Positions 19,112 through 29,617 of a DNA stretch of 53,194 nucleotides are shown in pieces (the first letter of the stretch is position 1; every line of letters begins with the position of its first letter). The DNA is from an uncultured Clostridium sp. (lineage in GTDB: Bacteria; Bacillota; Clostridia; TANB77; CAG-508): contig CAYVCM010000003.1 in NCBI GenBank assembly GCA_964449925.1, positions 1 through 53,194 on the forward strand. Reading direction: 5' to 3'. The position numbers were made by a program, and so were the translations under genes. The notes under the pieces were generated by a model. It was not told the origin of the DNA, searched no databases, and saw only the letters and a list, made by a program, of their open reading frames with translations.

Positions 19112-19603
19112 TCATTTTTTCTTTTTTTGAACTATCTTAAGACTTGGATAAATACAGTATGCAAATGGTGTAGAACAAATAATATTATCAAAACAATTTT
19201 CATCTTCAAACAATAATATAAATTTATCTGCTTCAGGAATTGTTGGAGCATTATTTTTTAATAGTTTTAGAACACCTTGCTCATCACTTTTATTAGTTAC
19301 AATTATATTATATAATGTATTTTCATTTGTAAGAAATGTTATATAAACTGGATCATATCTTTTGTAATATTCTTTCAGTCTTTTTTTGTACTTACATAAA
19401 ACATCTAATGCATATATCATTTTCATATCAATAGTTGCATTGTGATATACAAAAATATCACCTTTTTTATTTACAAAGTTTCCTTGTAAAATATCTCTAA
19501 AATTGTCATTTGGCTTATTATATAATATTTGTAATTGTTTTAAAGTACAACAACCAAAATCTTGAACAAAATTTATTATTTTTCTTTTTTCATCTTCTAA
19601 CAT
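19112..19603 (-). CDS. Hypothetical protein (DUF5697-like, wHTH N-terminus)
   Basis: GGAGG RBS. Confidence 0.65.
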   Translation of the reverse strand: MLEDEKRKIINFVQDFGCCTLKQLQILYNKPNDNFRDILQGNFVNKKGDIFVYHNATIDMKMIYALDVLCKYKKRLKEYYKRYDPVYITFLTNENTLYNIIVTNKSDEQGVLKLLKNNAPTIPEADKFILLFEDENCFDNIICSTPFAYCIYPSLKIVQKKKK

Positions 19604-19740
19604 AAATAAAACCTCCTAAAAATACTACTGCAGTATTGATTTTTTTGAAATTTAGCATATAATAATTATAGATTTAGTCTAATAACATTAATTTTCAAAT
19701 TGAGTTTGACAAAAGATTAATAATATGTTATTATTTAAGT

Positions 19741-19813
19741 ACAAAATAAATGAACATTGAATCGCAGTTGTTCAATTTAGTTATCTGTGTACCACGAATG
19801 CACAGATTTTTTT
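19741..19813 (+). ncRNA. Putative antisense small RNA (about 70 nt)
   Basis: TTGACA-17-TATTAT promoter 19706-19734; terminator 19783-19813; complementary to the start region of ORF 19856-19999. Confidence 0.6.
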
Positions 19814-19855
19814 ATTAAAAAATAGAGCAGACCACGAATCTGCTCTATCGACTAA

Positions 19856-19999
19856 TTACTGCTTTCTATTAGTCTTAACATTGTTGTCATTTTGCATTTG
19901 TTGTTTTTGTTGTTCTAACTGTTGTTGTAAGAAAAAGTTTTTTTCTTTTTCTTCTATGTACTTATCAACAAAATGCAAAATTAAATCGCAGTTATTCAA
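19856..19999 (-). CDS. 47-aa Gln-rich small protein (MNNCDLILHFVDKYIEEKEKNFFLQQQ...)
   Basis: AAGGGGGA RBS, TTG start, own terminator 19817-19848. Confidence 0.6.
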   Translation of the reverse strand: MNNCDLILHFVDKYIEEKEKNFFLQQQLEQQKQQMQNDNNVKTNRKQ

Positions 20000-20108
20000 T
20001 ATTAGTCCCCCTTTCCGCCTTTAAGAAAAAGACTAACCTTTTCAAGCGAAAGGTTGCTACTATATTACAATAATTTACAATAAAAAACAAGCGAACATTA
20101 GAGGATTT

Positions 20109-20903
20109 TTAAATTATTCGCATTAGATACCCATAAACATATTTCTTATCTTCTTTAATTTCAGTTATCTTTATCAACACTTTGTCGGCAAAATGTGGAA
20201 AATTATTGAATCTTGCTGGAATTCTTGTTAAAACTGTTACTTGTAAGTTATCTAATTGTACTATAACACCAGAGTTATTTTTAGGAAATGCAATTACTGT
20301 ACCTATATACTCACCATTTATAGTTATATATTTTCTAATATTGCTAAATGGGTTCTCCTCAAATTCTTTTGCTGATAATTCATATATATTATTTTGTAAA
20401 TCTATTTTTTTAATTTTTACTTTTAAATATTCTCCAACTTTATAGAGACTTTTACAATTAACAATATATGTATGTTTTAAGTCTGATGCTTTTATAATAA
20501 TTTCTTTTCCATACATATCCACGACAATATGCTTAACACCAATTCCAACTATACGAACTCTTATAGTATCATTAACCTTTAAATTAGGTAATTCTATCTT
20601 TGAGCGTAGTTCCATTGCATCTTTTCGACTTCCTATTGCTATATTTGCAACCTCATCATACTCTAATATTATAAAGTCAATTTCTGCTCCTATCATTCCA
20701 CGAATTATAGATTTATTTTGTTTATCTAATTTTAAATGTGTTATAGGGACTAGAACTTTTACATCTCCATACCATACAATGGCACATGGAATATATTTAT
20801 TTTTTAATTTATAGTATTCATCTTCCATTCCTGTAATTATTCCAGTAAGTATTCTTTTTTCTTCTTTACTTCTTAAAATTTCTTTTAATGTTATTTTTTC
20901 CAA
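20109..20903 (-). CDS. Multi-S1 RNA-binding domain protein
   Basis: About 3 S1-like repeats; GGAGG then TTG at 20903. Confidence 0.75.
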   Translation of the reverse strand: MEKITLKEILRSKEEKRILTGIITGMEDEYYKLKNKYIPCAIVWYGDVKVLVPITHLKLDKQNKSIIRGMIGAEIDFIILEYDEVANIAIGSRKDAMELRSKIELPNLKVNDTIRVRIVGIGVKHIVVDMYGKEIIIKASDLKHTYIVNCKSLYKVGEYLKVKIKKIDLQNNIYELSAKEFEENPFSNIRKYITINGEYIGTVIAFPKNNSGVIVQLDNLQVTVLTRIPARFNNFPHFADKVLIKITEIKEDKKYVYGYLMRII

Positions 20904-20997
20904 ATTTTCACCTCCAATACAAAAAGCATCTACCATTTAAGGTAAATGCTCACTTATTTCTAGACTATATAAATAGTTGAATAGAAATTGTAATTTA

Positions 20998-21756
20998 TTA
21001 GTCTGCGATAAACTCAATAGATTTAACCATATATTTATTTGATAAATCTGTAATTTCCTTTTCTAATTCTATTGTACATAATTCATGAACATGATAACCA
21101 TAATTTGAATTTGGATTATCTTCTTTCCAACCTAAATAAGTTTCTGTATTATCCCCAACACGCAAATCTAAATAATACATTGGCTGAACTGGCATATTTT
21201 CAATCGTTTTGTTTTCTAAAGCTATTTCTACTATAATATAATTTTCTGATTCATTATAATAATCTAGATTTCCATTAAATTCTTTTTTGTGTAATAATTG
21301 ATCTTCTATTTGGTTTATAATATAATTTTTTTTTGCAACTATAATAATTGCTTGAGCGTTTATAGATTCTGGAATTGGAACATATAAAGTTATATAATCT
21401 CCAACTTCTATATCATTAATGCTTATTATTTCTTCATTTTCATAATTAATAATCTTACTATTTTCTGGGATTTTTTGTGATAAATAATCATTTTCTTCTT
21501 CTGCTTCTGCATCTCCGTAATAAATAATATTATTTTCTATTTTAAAAATTTCTCCATAAGTAGAATTATATCGAACTTCAATATCTTCTTCATTTGTATC
21601 AACTAGTTCATTATTAGTAGTATTTGTATCTATAACATTTTCATTTACACTTTTATCATTATGCTTTCTAAAAATAATATTTATAACTATTATTGCAATT
21701 ATAATTATAATTAAAATAATACTTTTTTTATTTTTCATAACACTATATCCTTCCAC
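20998..21756 (-). CDS. Membrane-anchored hypothetical protein (cargo)
   Basis: N-terminal TM, acidic body. Confidence 0.7.
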   Translation of the reverse strand: MEGYSVMKNKKSIILIIIIIAIIVINIIFRKHNDKSVNENVIDTNTTNNELVDTNEEDIEVRYNSTYGEIFKIENNIIYYGDAEAEEENDYLSQKIPENSKIINYENEEIISINDIEVGDYITLYVPIPESINAQAIIIVAKKNYIINQIEDQLLHKKEFNGNLDYYNESENYIIVEIALENKTIENMPVQPMYYLDLRVGDNTETYLGWKEDNPNSNYGYHVHELCTIELEKEITDLSNKYMVKSIEFIAD

Positions 21757-21780
21757 AAATTACCTATCTCTAACAGTTTT

Positions 21781-22284
21781 TCATAGTATTTTTTTATTAA
21801 TTTTTTTCAAAGCATTATTTATCAATTCATCTGCTACATTTATGCTATTAGCATGTCTCATATTTTTTAATTCTTTAATGTTAACCCATCTTGCAGTTTT
21901 TGCGTATTCCTTCTCATCTTTATCAAATCCTTCATTTGAAATTTCTCCATCAACTATTTTAACTAAATAATAAATCAAATAACTTTGATAATCCTTATTC
22001 TTTTTTGTATGATGAAAAAAAGAGGTATATATATTTAGTAATTCAATTGGTTCTACCAAATAGCCTGTTTCTTCTTTTATTTCACGCACTAATGTATCAA
22101 TATGTGTTTCCCCATTTTCTGCAGTACCACCTGGAAAATCATATCCGTCAAATTGTGGAGAAATTAATATCTTTTCATTTTCTATCACAATACCGTAAAC
22201 ATGCACAGATATATTTAATTTATTTGTATCTGCTATATATTTATTATTATAAACATCATAAGTATAAATTTTTTCACTTTTCAT
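21781..22284 (-). CDS. NUDIX hydrolase (cargo)
   Basis: PGGTAENGETHIDTLVREIKEETG. Confidence 0.9.
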   Translation of the reverse strand: MKSEKIYTYDVYNNKYIADTNKLNISVHVYGIVIENEKILISPQFDGYDFPGGTAENGETHIDTLVREIKEETGYLVEPIELLNIYTSFFHHTKKNKDYQSYLIYYLVKIVDGEISNEGFDKDEKEYAKTARWVNIKELKNMRHANSINVADELINNALKKINKKIL

Positions 22285-22347
22285 AGCATATAGTACCTCC
22301 CTCATATTTCTCATAAACTTACTATTTTCCGATATTATAACATATTA

Positions 22348-24096
22348 TCAAAAATTATCAAATGTAATTTCCTCAAATTCTTCATTATCAAAAGAATCTT
22401 TTTTAGTTTTTTCTGTTATTTTAAGTTCAGTTTCAACTTGTTTATTGTCATTCCAATTAGGTTTATAATTACTTACAGAAACATCTTTTAATTTTTTAGA
22501 TAGAGGATGTTCTGTATATATCATTTTATCTAGCAATAATGGTTTGTTTCCTCTTAAGATACCAATTAGTTTGAATGTATCTAATCTTAATATCTCATCT
22601 TTGTTTAATAAGTTTCTTTTTAAAGTGGAAATATTTTTTTGGCCATATTCTTCAATTTCTCCTTCTAATGAGTTTTCTAGTTTTAAAGATGAAGTTTCTG
22701 CTGTGGAAACACCAATTAAATCACAAAAAAATCCAGCTGTTAAATTATCTGTTACACCCATACTAAGAATTGTATCGCAATTTCCTATTATTTCATCAGA
22801 TACTTTATTAGGATAACGGCTGTCCATTTGACCGTTTATTTTGAGTTATTGGTATTAATCCGTAGTCCTCTACTTCTAACTGTGCTAATCTTCTTATTAA
22901 ATTCGGGAATTTGACCGTATATTTGCAAATTCATCTAAAAAACAGAAAACATCTACATCACATCTTCCATTTGGTCTTGAATCTGCATATCTAACTAATT
23001 TTATAAAAAGAAATGTATAAAATAATGAACTTAAAAAGTCATATGCTCCGTTCATATCATCTGTAATGATATAATAAATACAAGGTTGTTTAGCCGGCAA
23101 GGTTAAATCTATATCACTTGCAGAGGTTAATTGTTGTAAATCTTCATTTTGAAAAGTTTGCAGTCTAGTACCCAAGCCCGTTATAACACTTGCTTTTATA
23201 GTATCTGAGCCACTTGCAAATATGTTATAGCTCATTTTAGCAGGATGTTCATTTGGTAGTTCTTTAAACATACGGTCTATTTCACCTATATCACCACTTG
23301 CTATTTTTTTATAAATATTAGTTAAATTGTTTTGCTCTACAAGTATTTGTAAAAAATAAAATTCAAATGCTTTTAATAAATTTTCCTCTGCTCTTGGCCA
23401 AAATTCATCTTTTCCAGTTTTCTTTTGTGTATTTGAAATTATTATATTAGCACTTGTTTGAACATCATTTATATTTTCATTTTCTGCAAGAGGATTCCAT
23501 CTGTCACTATGTTTCATATCTTTCAAATTAAATACTTTTACAGTATAATCAATGCTTTTAAAATAACTAGAAGTAGTCCTATATATTTCTGCTTTTGGAT
23601 CTGTTACAATAATTGACTTTTTGTACTTTGATAATTCTAATAAATTTGTAAGTAAAAAAGCAGTAGTTTTCATACTGCCAGAACTACCAAATACACATAT
23701 ATTTTTATTGAAATAACTTTCAAATGGTAGTTTTACTATTTTTTCATTATATTTACCTAAAATAATACCAGGAATATCTCCTGTTCCAAGTACATTTTCC
23801 ATTTCATCTTCTGGCATCCAACTTGCTGTGCCATAAGTACCATCTTCTGTTTTAAAATTAATGCCTTTATTTTCAATTTTCTTTTTTGAGACAACAAGTA
23901 ATATGTCTAATATAATTAAAATAGAAATAGAAGCAATTATGAAACAAATGACAGCATAATAAAATTTGGTTAGAACAATATTTTTTCCAAAACATAAATT
24001 TAAAATATTTATATAATTATTTATATTTATATCTAGAAATATATTTAAAATAAAAATTGCAATAATTAATATATAAAGAAAAATCTTTTTAGTCAT
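22348..24096 (-). CDS. virD4: VirD4/TraG type IV coupling protein; needs three +1 events (22914-17, 22859-62, 22831-34)
   Basis: GSSGSMKT, TDPKAE, WNPL, LDEFANI-G-QIPEFNKKISTVRSRGL-G-LIPITQNK-G-QMDSRY. Confidence 0.9.
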
Positions 24097-25012
24097 AAAC
24101 TCTTATATCTTTTTCTATGAAATCAGATATATTAATAAGTTTATAGTTTGCTAAAGGTAATTCTTTTCCCAAATATTGAACTATACTTTCAGGACAAATG
24201 ATATCAGCTTGTTTTTCTTCATTACTTTTTAAAAATAGTGATATTCTATTAATCTTTTCTGTATCTAATAAATAAAAAGTTGAAATATATTTATCACTGT
24301 TATTTGTATAATCACAAAAATGAAATTCTGATAAATGAACTGTATTTTTATATGTACTTTGAATTATTTTTGGCCAATTAACTTGATGTATATATTTTAA
24401 ATCTTCTAGTTTTTTATCATTATCTTCACAAATAACAACAGAATTAAAACCAAATGCAAAATCTTTTAAATTTAATCTATTTATATCATGTATAAGTATT
24501 AAGATATTTTTATAAATCGTTTCCTTTTGAAGATCAAAAATAACAGCTCTTATATATTTTTCTGTATGTTCATCTGATATATGATAAGTCAAGTATGTTA
24601 CACCAAATATATTTAATGTTCCTATAAACTTACGAGAGCTTTCTGTAAATACAGTTTTATCTTTAAGCTCAAAAGATGGGATAAATGATATTTTTTTGTC
24701 TTTATTATATAATGCTGCCAAATGACTTATAAATTTTAGCCTATCTGTGTATTTCTTGTCATATCTTAATTGTGATGTTTCTTGTCCTAATATTTTCATA
24801 AAATATTGTCCATTTTCTGCAAGTACAAGATATTTTTTATATCTTCTTAAGATATTGTTTTTTATTAGTTTTGTTATTCTTTTAGGATAATATGTATCAT
24901 TAAAAAAGTATTTAGTATCTGTACTTAATAGATATTGAAAACGACCAATAAATTTCACTAATTCAATTTCATTTTTATTCTTTGGAAAAATACTTTTAAT
25001 AATTATCACCAC
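24089..25012 (-). CDS. Putative Replic_Relax-type relaxase/replication protein
   Basis: wHTH-like N-terminus; directly upstream of virD4. Confidence 0.45.
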   Translation of the reverse strand: MVIIIKSIFPKNKNEIELVKFIGRFQYLLSTDTKYFFNDTYYPKRITKLIKNNILRRYKKYLVLAENGQYFMKILGQETSQLRYDKKYTDRLKFISHLAALYNKDKKISFIPSFELKDKTVFTESSRKFIGTLNIFGVTYLTYHISDEHTEKYIRAVIFDLQKETIYKNILILIHDINRLNLKDFAFGFNSVVICEDNDKKLEDLKYIHQVNWPKIIQSTYKNTVHLSEFHFCDYTNNSDKYISTFYLLDTEKINRISLFLKSNEEKQADIICPESIVQYLGKELPLANYKLINISDFIEKDIRVYD

Positions 25013-25197
25013 CTTTTACTTATAATTTTTCATATACAGAACTTTGGCTAGGAATGTGATAGCTTGACGCTCTCACACACCTATCCAGTTGAGCTTGATT
25101 TGTCTTATATCACCTCTAATACCGTTGAAATAGAGGATTTTTACAAAATAAAAAATGTCATAATTTTTGAAACTTAAGAATTCAAAAAAAAGACATT

Positions 25198-25785
25198 TTA
25201 AACTAATACATTTTTAAAAAGATTTTCAGCATTTTTAATACTTGTTACATATACTTCTGTATGTGGTTCATTTGAAAATACACCACTTGTAGCATAAAAC
25301 ATTTTTTCAATATTATCATCTTCAATAATTTTATTTGCAATTAAAGAATCAAATATTGGTTTTATATATTTATTATCTATATCCCAACCTTTTATGTTAT
25401 CAAATATTTTAATACATACAAAAACTTTTTCATTAAACATATTTTGATATTTTTTTGTTACTTCTGTAATATTTAATAATATATTTTTATAAGCGTGTGT
25501 TTTTAAATTTCTATATGATGGCATCGGTTCAGATATATATATTTTTAAAGTATTATCTATAACTTCTGCCTTGTATTCGTAACTAATATTCTTTATTTTA
25601 TCTGTTTTATATTCTACGGTATTATTGTATAATTTTATTTCACTTAAAATATTATACCTTCTTTTTTCTAAATTTCTTAAAAAGCTTTCCATTTGAATAT
25701 CATTTGCAGTTTTTGATTTTGTAATTTTTTCTATTTCATTTTTTAAATTTAATAATTCATTATATAATTTATCTGATAAGATCAT
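25198..25785 (-). CDS. RusA-like resolvase/endonuclease
   Basis: WDIDN...KPIFDSL....IEDDN. Confidence 0.65.
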   Translation of the reverse strand: MILSDKLYNELLNLKNEIEKITKSKTANDIQMESFLRNLEKRRYNILSEIKLYNNTVEYKTDKIKNISYEYKAEVIDNTLKIYISEPMPSYRNLKTHAYKNILLNITEVTKKYQNMFNEKVFVCIKIFDNIKGWDIDNKYIKPIFDSLIANKIIEDDNIEKMFYATSGVFSNEPHTEVYVTSIKNAENLFKNVLV

Positions 25786-25832
25786 AAAAAAAGTCCTTTC
25801 TTAATAGTGTAAGGGCAAATAAAAGGATAATA

Positions 25833-26105
25833 CTATTCTTCAGTTTTCAAAAAATCTTCGTATGCTTCAAAAATAGCACCTGTTAATTCTTCTCTTATTT
25901 CTTCATTTAGAGGGTGTGCAGTATCTCTAAAGTTTCTTTTTCCATTTCTTATTCTCCTAGATGGCATTGAAATAAATCTTTTACCATCTTTATCAATAAG
26001 TGTAATTCCTCTAATAATAAATTGATTGTCTAAAATAACATTTGCATAGGCCAATACCGGACCTCTTTGCTTTGCTTTAAAAATTCTAATATTTGTAATA
26101 TCCAT
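25833..26105 (-). CDS. spoVG: SpoVG family nucleic-acid-binding protein
   Basis: ITNIRI, FISMPSR, FRDTAHPLN. Confidence 0.85.
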   Translation of the reverse strand: MDITNIRIFKAKQRGPVLAYANVILDNQFIIRGITLIDKDGKRFISMPSRRIRNGKRNFRDTAHPLNEEIREELTGAIFEAYEDFLKTEE

Positions 26106-26166
26106 ATACAATTCCTCCTATAAATTTATTTTTGAAGAGCAAATTTATAGTTATATCTAACTAAAA

Positions 26167-28734
26167 TTATTTACCTGTGCGAGGAAGTGTTGTTTTGTGT
26201 GTTTTTTCTGGAGTATTTACAATTGTTGTCCAATCACTATTTGCTTCAGCAGTTACACCAAAATATGTTCCCACTGTTTTTGTAGTATTTGTAAAAGTAT
26301 CTCCATCTTGTAATGTATCAAAAGATATACAAGTCATTGTTGGAGATGTTACTTCTCTAAATCCTTTTTCTACTTTTCCAAAATCAAATATTGTTTCAAC
26401 AATATATTCATCTTCAGCAAGTTCAATTGTTGTAAAGTCTAAATCATAGTTTTCTTGTGTACTTAAATTTTCTTTAAATAATATATAATCTTCAGATTTA
26501 TTTGTTTTATAATATACAGAATATTGTAAATCTTGATTCCAAGTACCTGTTGTCATAGTTTGTAGTCTTATATAATCTGTTGGGATATAGTCATACCATT
26601 TAAAATTTTCTAAATAAACATTAGAATTATTTGCTACATTTGAAAAAGTGTAATTTACTTCTTCTCCTGGTTTAATTTCAATAGTTCCTTCTTTGTCTAC
26701 ATCTACTTCAATGTCAGTTCCTTCATTTTCGATTGTTACTGGTACTGTTTCTCCATTATTTATAATTTCAAACTCAAAAGTTTCTTCATTTAGTAAATAA
26801 TATACAGAGCCTGTATCTAATTCTTTTAAATAGTAACTTCCTTTATAAAGTTCGCTACTTGTAGCTTTTCCGTTTTCATCTGTTACAAGTGTTTCTATTA
26901 AGTTATCATCTTCATCATATAGTCCAAACTCTGCTCCTTCTAGCATTTTTGAATTGTCATCTTTGTCTACTTTTGTAATTTCAACATAACCTTTTATTCT
27001 TTCATTTTCAAATACTATGTCTGTTATTTCATTTTCAGTTAATTCTATTGTTTGAGGTTCTTCATTTAAAACATAGTCCTCTTGTGTTTTTACTTCTCTT
27101 AAAGTTAGAGTTTCAAAATCTCTTATTGGATATCTTTGAGTTAAAGCTTCTCCATTTTCGTCAGTAATAATTTTTTCTAAAACATTACCATCACTATCTA
27201 AAACTTCAAATTCTACACCTTCAAGTTTAACCTCATTATCATCTTCATCTACTTTAATTACACGAATTTGTCCTTTCATAAGTTCGTTTTCAATTGTATA
27301 TTCTGTATCAGCATCCCAAACTACTTCAACTGTAGTATCTTCAGCTAAGTTATACCACTTGTTTGTTTCTTTCTCTATTAAAGTGTAGTTTCCAATTCTT
27401 AAGTTTTCAATATAGATTTCTCCATTTTCATCTGTAACATAACTTCCAATTACTTCTCCAAATTCTTCACTGTATAAATCGAAAGTAATACCTCCTAATG
27501 CAATACGGTTGTTATCTTTATCAACTTTATAAACTGTTAAATCACCTTTTTTGTGTTCATTTGTAACTTCTTGTGTAGAAGTTTTATTGTATTCTACATA
27601 TACATCAAAAGACATATCATTTAAAATATAATTATCATTTGTAGCAACTTCCGTTAATATGTAGTTTCCTTGATAAAGTGAAGAAAATGTAGCCTCTCCA
27701 TTTTCATTAGTTGTAGCATTAGCTACGACTGTACCATCTTCTTTAGTTAGCTGGAAAGTAACTCCTTCTATTGGTAAATTTGTATCTTCATCACTTTTTA
27801 CAATTTTTATTTTTCCTGTATTTGTTTGTATATTTAGATTAACTTGACCTGTAACATCTCCAAATGGATCAAAAGTCAATAGATAATCTTGTGTGCCTGA
27901 TACTGTCGTTTGTCCATAAAAGACTGGATATGTTTTGCATTTCGCCTGAAATGCTATTGTCACATTAATATCACTATTTAATTCTGATTTAGGTATTCTT
28001 ACTCTAAAGTTTTCAGTAGCACTAAATGTAGTTTGTTCTGTGTTAGATGTGTTTGTTATTTGACTTCCTTCAGGTAATCCATTTGTAGCAGTAATTGTGT
28101 ATGTGCTTGTTTCAACAGGCGAACTTATTGAATATTCTTGATAATAATAATCTCCATCTTCAGTAAATTCTCCTACTTTAACAGCTGTAACATCTGTATT
28201 TGATGGCGTTTGAGTACCATTTCTACCAATATCTACAAGATTTATAATAGCATTCTTAATTGCTTGACCTCTACTATCAGCTCCGTTATAATAGCTATTT
28301 ACATCTCTTCCGTCTAAAACACTATAAATTGCTTGTTTTGTAGCAACAAAAGCATCATACTTATTTTCTAGTCCCATAGATTCTGGTGTTTGATATGGAT
28401 AACCATTAATTACAACTCTCCATAAACGAACATCATTTATTAATTCATCTACATTTACAACATATTCACTGCTTTCTCCAACACCTGGCAAATCTGATTG
28501 CAAGCAATATGCAGGATATTGAACACCATTTTCTTCATAATAAGTGTATGTAGTTTTTACATAGCTCCAGCTACTACCAGTCCAATATTGAAGGTGGTAT
28601 CCACAATCTCCACCGTTTCTTATTAGAGCAGAACTAATTTCTGTTGCTGCTAAAACTAAGTTTGAACATGTAGAAAACAAAGTTAAAAGTATTAACAAAA
28701 TTACTATTGCTTTTTTTGAATATTTTTTTACCAT
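26167..28734 (-). CDS. Thioester-domain adhesin with SpaA/Cna-B repeats and terminal LPRTG
   Basis: Signal peptide, YCLQ, ATKQAIY, four Cna-B-like repeats, LPRTGK*. Confidence 0.85.
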   Translation of the reverse strand: MVKKYSKKAIVILLILLTLFSTCSNLVLAATEISSALIRNGGDCGYHLQYWTGSSWSYVKTTYTYYEENGVQYPAYCLQSDLPGVGESSEYVVNVDELINDVRLWRVVINGYPYQTPESMGLENKYDAFVATKQAIYSVLDGRDVNSYYNGADSRGQAIKNAIINLVDIGRNGTQTPSNTDVTAVKVGEFTEDGDYYYQEYSISSPVETSTYTITATNGLPEGSQITNTSNTEQTTFSATENFRVRIPKSELNSDINVTIAFQAKCKTYPVFYGQTTVSGTQDYLLTFDPFGDVTGQVNLNIQTNTGKIKIVKSDEDTNLPIEGVTFQLTKEDGTVVANATTNENGEATFSSLYQGNYILTEVATNDNYILNDMSFDVYVEYNKTSTQEVTNEHKKGDLTVYKVDKDNNRIALGGITFDLYSEEFGEVIGSYVTDENGEIYIENLRIGNYTLIEKETNKWYNLAEDTTVEVVWDADTEYTIENELMKGQIRVIKVDEDDNEVKLEGVEFEVLDSDGNVLEKIITDENGEALTQRYPIRDFETLTLREVKTQEDYVLNEEPQTIELTENEITDIVFENERIKGYVEITKVDKDDNSKMLEGAEFGLYDEDDNLIETLVTDENGKATSSELYKGSYYLKELDTGSVYYLLNEETFEFEIINNGETVPVTIENEGTDIEVDVDKEGTIEIKPGEEVNYTFSNVANNSNVYLENFKWYDYIPTDYIRLQTMTTGTWNQDLQYSVYYKTNKSEDYILFKENLSTQENYDLDFTTIELAEDEYIVETIFDFGKVEKGFREVTSPTMTCISFDTLQDGDTFTNTTKTVGTYFGVTAEANSDWTTIVNTPEKTHKTTLPRTGK

Positions 28735-28832
28735 ATATTTTTCCTCCTATAAATATATATTTGAAAGGCTTTTTATAAGAGAAAAACACTATATTGCATT
28801 TAAAAAAGCACCAATTAAAGTGCTTTTAATTT

Positions 28833-29537
28833 TTATAATATGTAGCATTCTGTCATGATTAGTTGACCATTACAGTAATAATCTTCTGCATAAATCCTTA
28901 TAGTCCCAAATTTATTTTTTATTGCATTTATCACTCTACTTTCTGTATAAGTAAATTGATTAGTCTGTGTTTTAATAGAAGAATCTACTACGATGCTATA
29001 TCCTAAATTTTTCATATTTTCTGTTTCATTTGCTTGTATTACTTGTTTAATCTTACTAATCATACTATCATTTCTTACATATTCTTCTGTATTTGTTTCT
29101 TGTACTACTGCTGTACTTTCTTCTTTAGTTTCTGTCTGATTATTTTCTTGTGTATTTTGATTTGTCATAACTTGTGTTGTACTCTGTGTCTGTGTTTCTG
29201 TTTTAGTAACACTTGATGATTGACTTTTGTTACTTTGATTTTGTGTACTTTCCTGGCTTGATTTATTTGTAGTTAAAGTATTATTTGTGGTTTCATTTTG
29301 TATTGTTTCATCAGTAGAGATATTTTCTATAATTGCATTTTCTTCTATATTAGTTTCTTCTAGTTCATTTTCTATTATATTTTCATCAACAGTATTTTCT
29401 TCTTCTAATTGAGTCTCTTCTATTTCTTCTTGTTCTTCTACTTTTTTGTTATCGTTTAAAAATATAACTAATAAAGAACCTATTATAATAAAAGCAACTA
29501 TTACAATAATTATTATACAAATCTTCTTTTTACTCAT
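28833..29537 (-). CDS. Membrane-anchored low-complexity protein
   Basis: N-terminal TM, E/T/Q/S-rich linker. Confidence 0.7.
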   Translation of the reverse strand: MSKKKICIIIIVIVAFIIIGSLLVIFLNDNKKVEEQEEIEETQLEEENTVDENIIENELEETNIEENAIIENISTDETIQNETTNNTLTTNKSSQESTQNQSNKSQSSSVTKTETQTQSTTQVMTNQNTQENNQTETKEESTAVVQETNTEEYVRNDSMISKIKQVIQANETENMKNLGYSIVVDSSIKTQTNQFTYTESRVINAIKNKFGTIRIYAEDYYCNGQLIMTECYIL

Positions 29538-29617
29538 AAAGCATCACCCTTTCATATTTCTTATATAATAGGGTAACATCTTTTATATTGTTTTGACAAT
29601 GCTCAAGTAAAGAAAAT

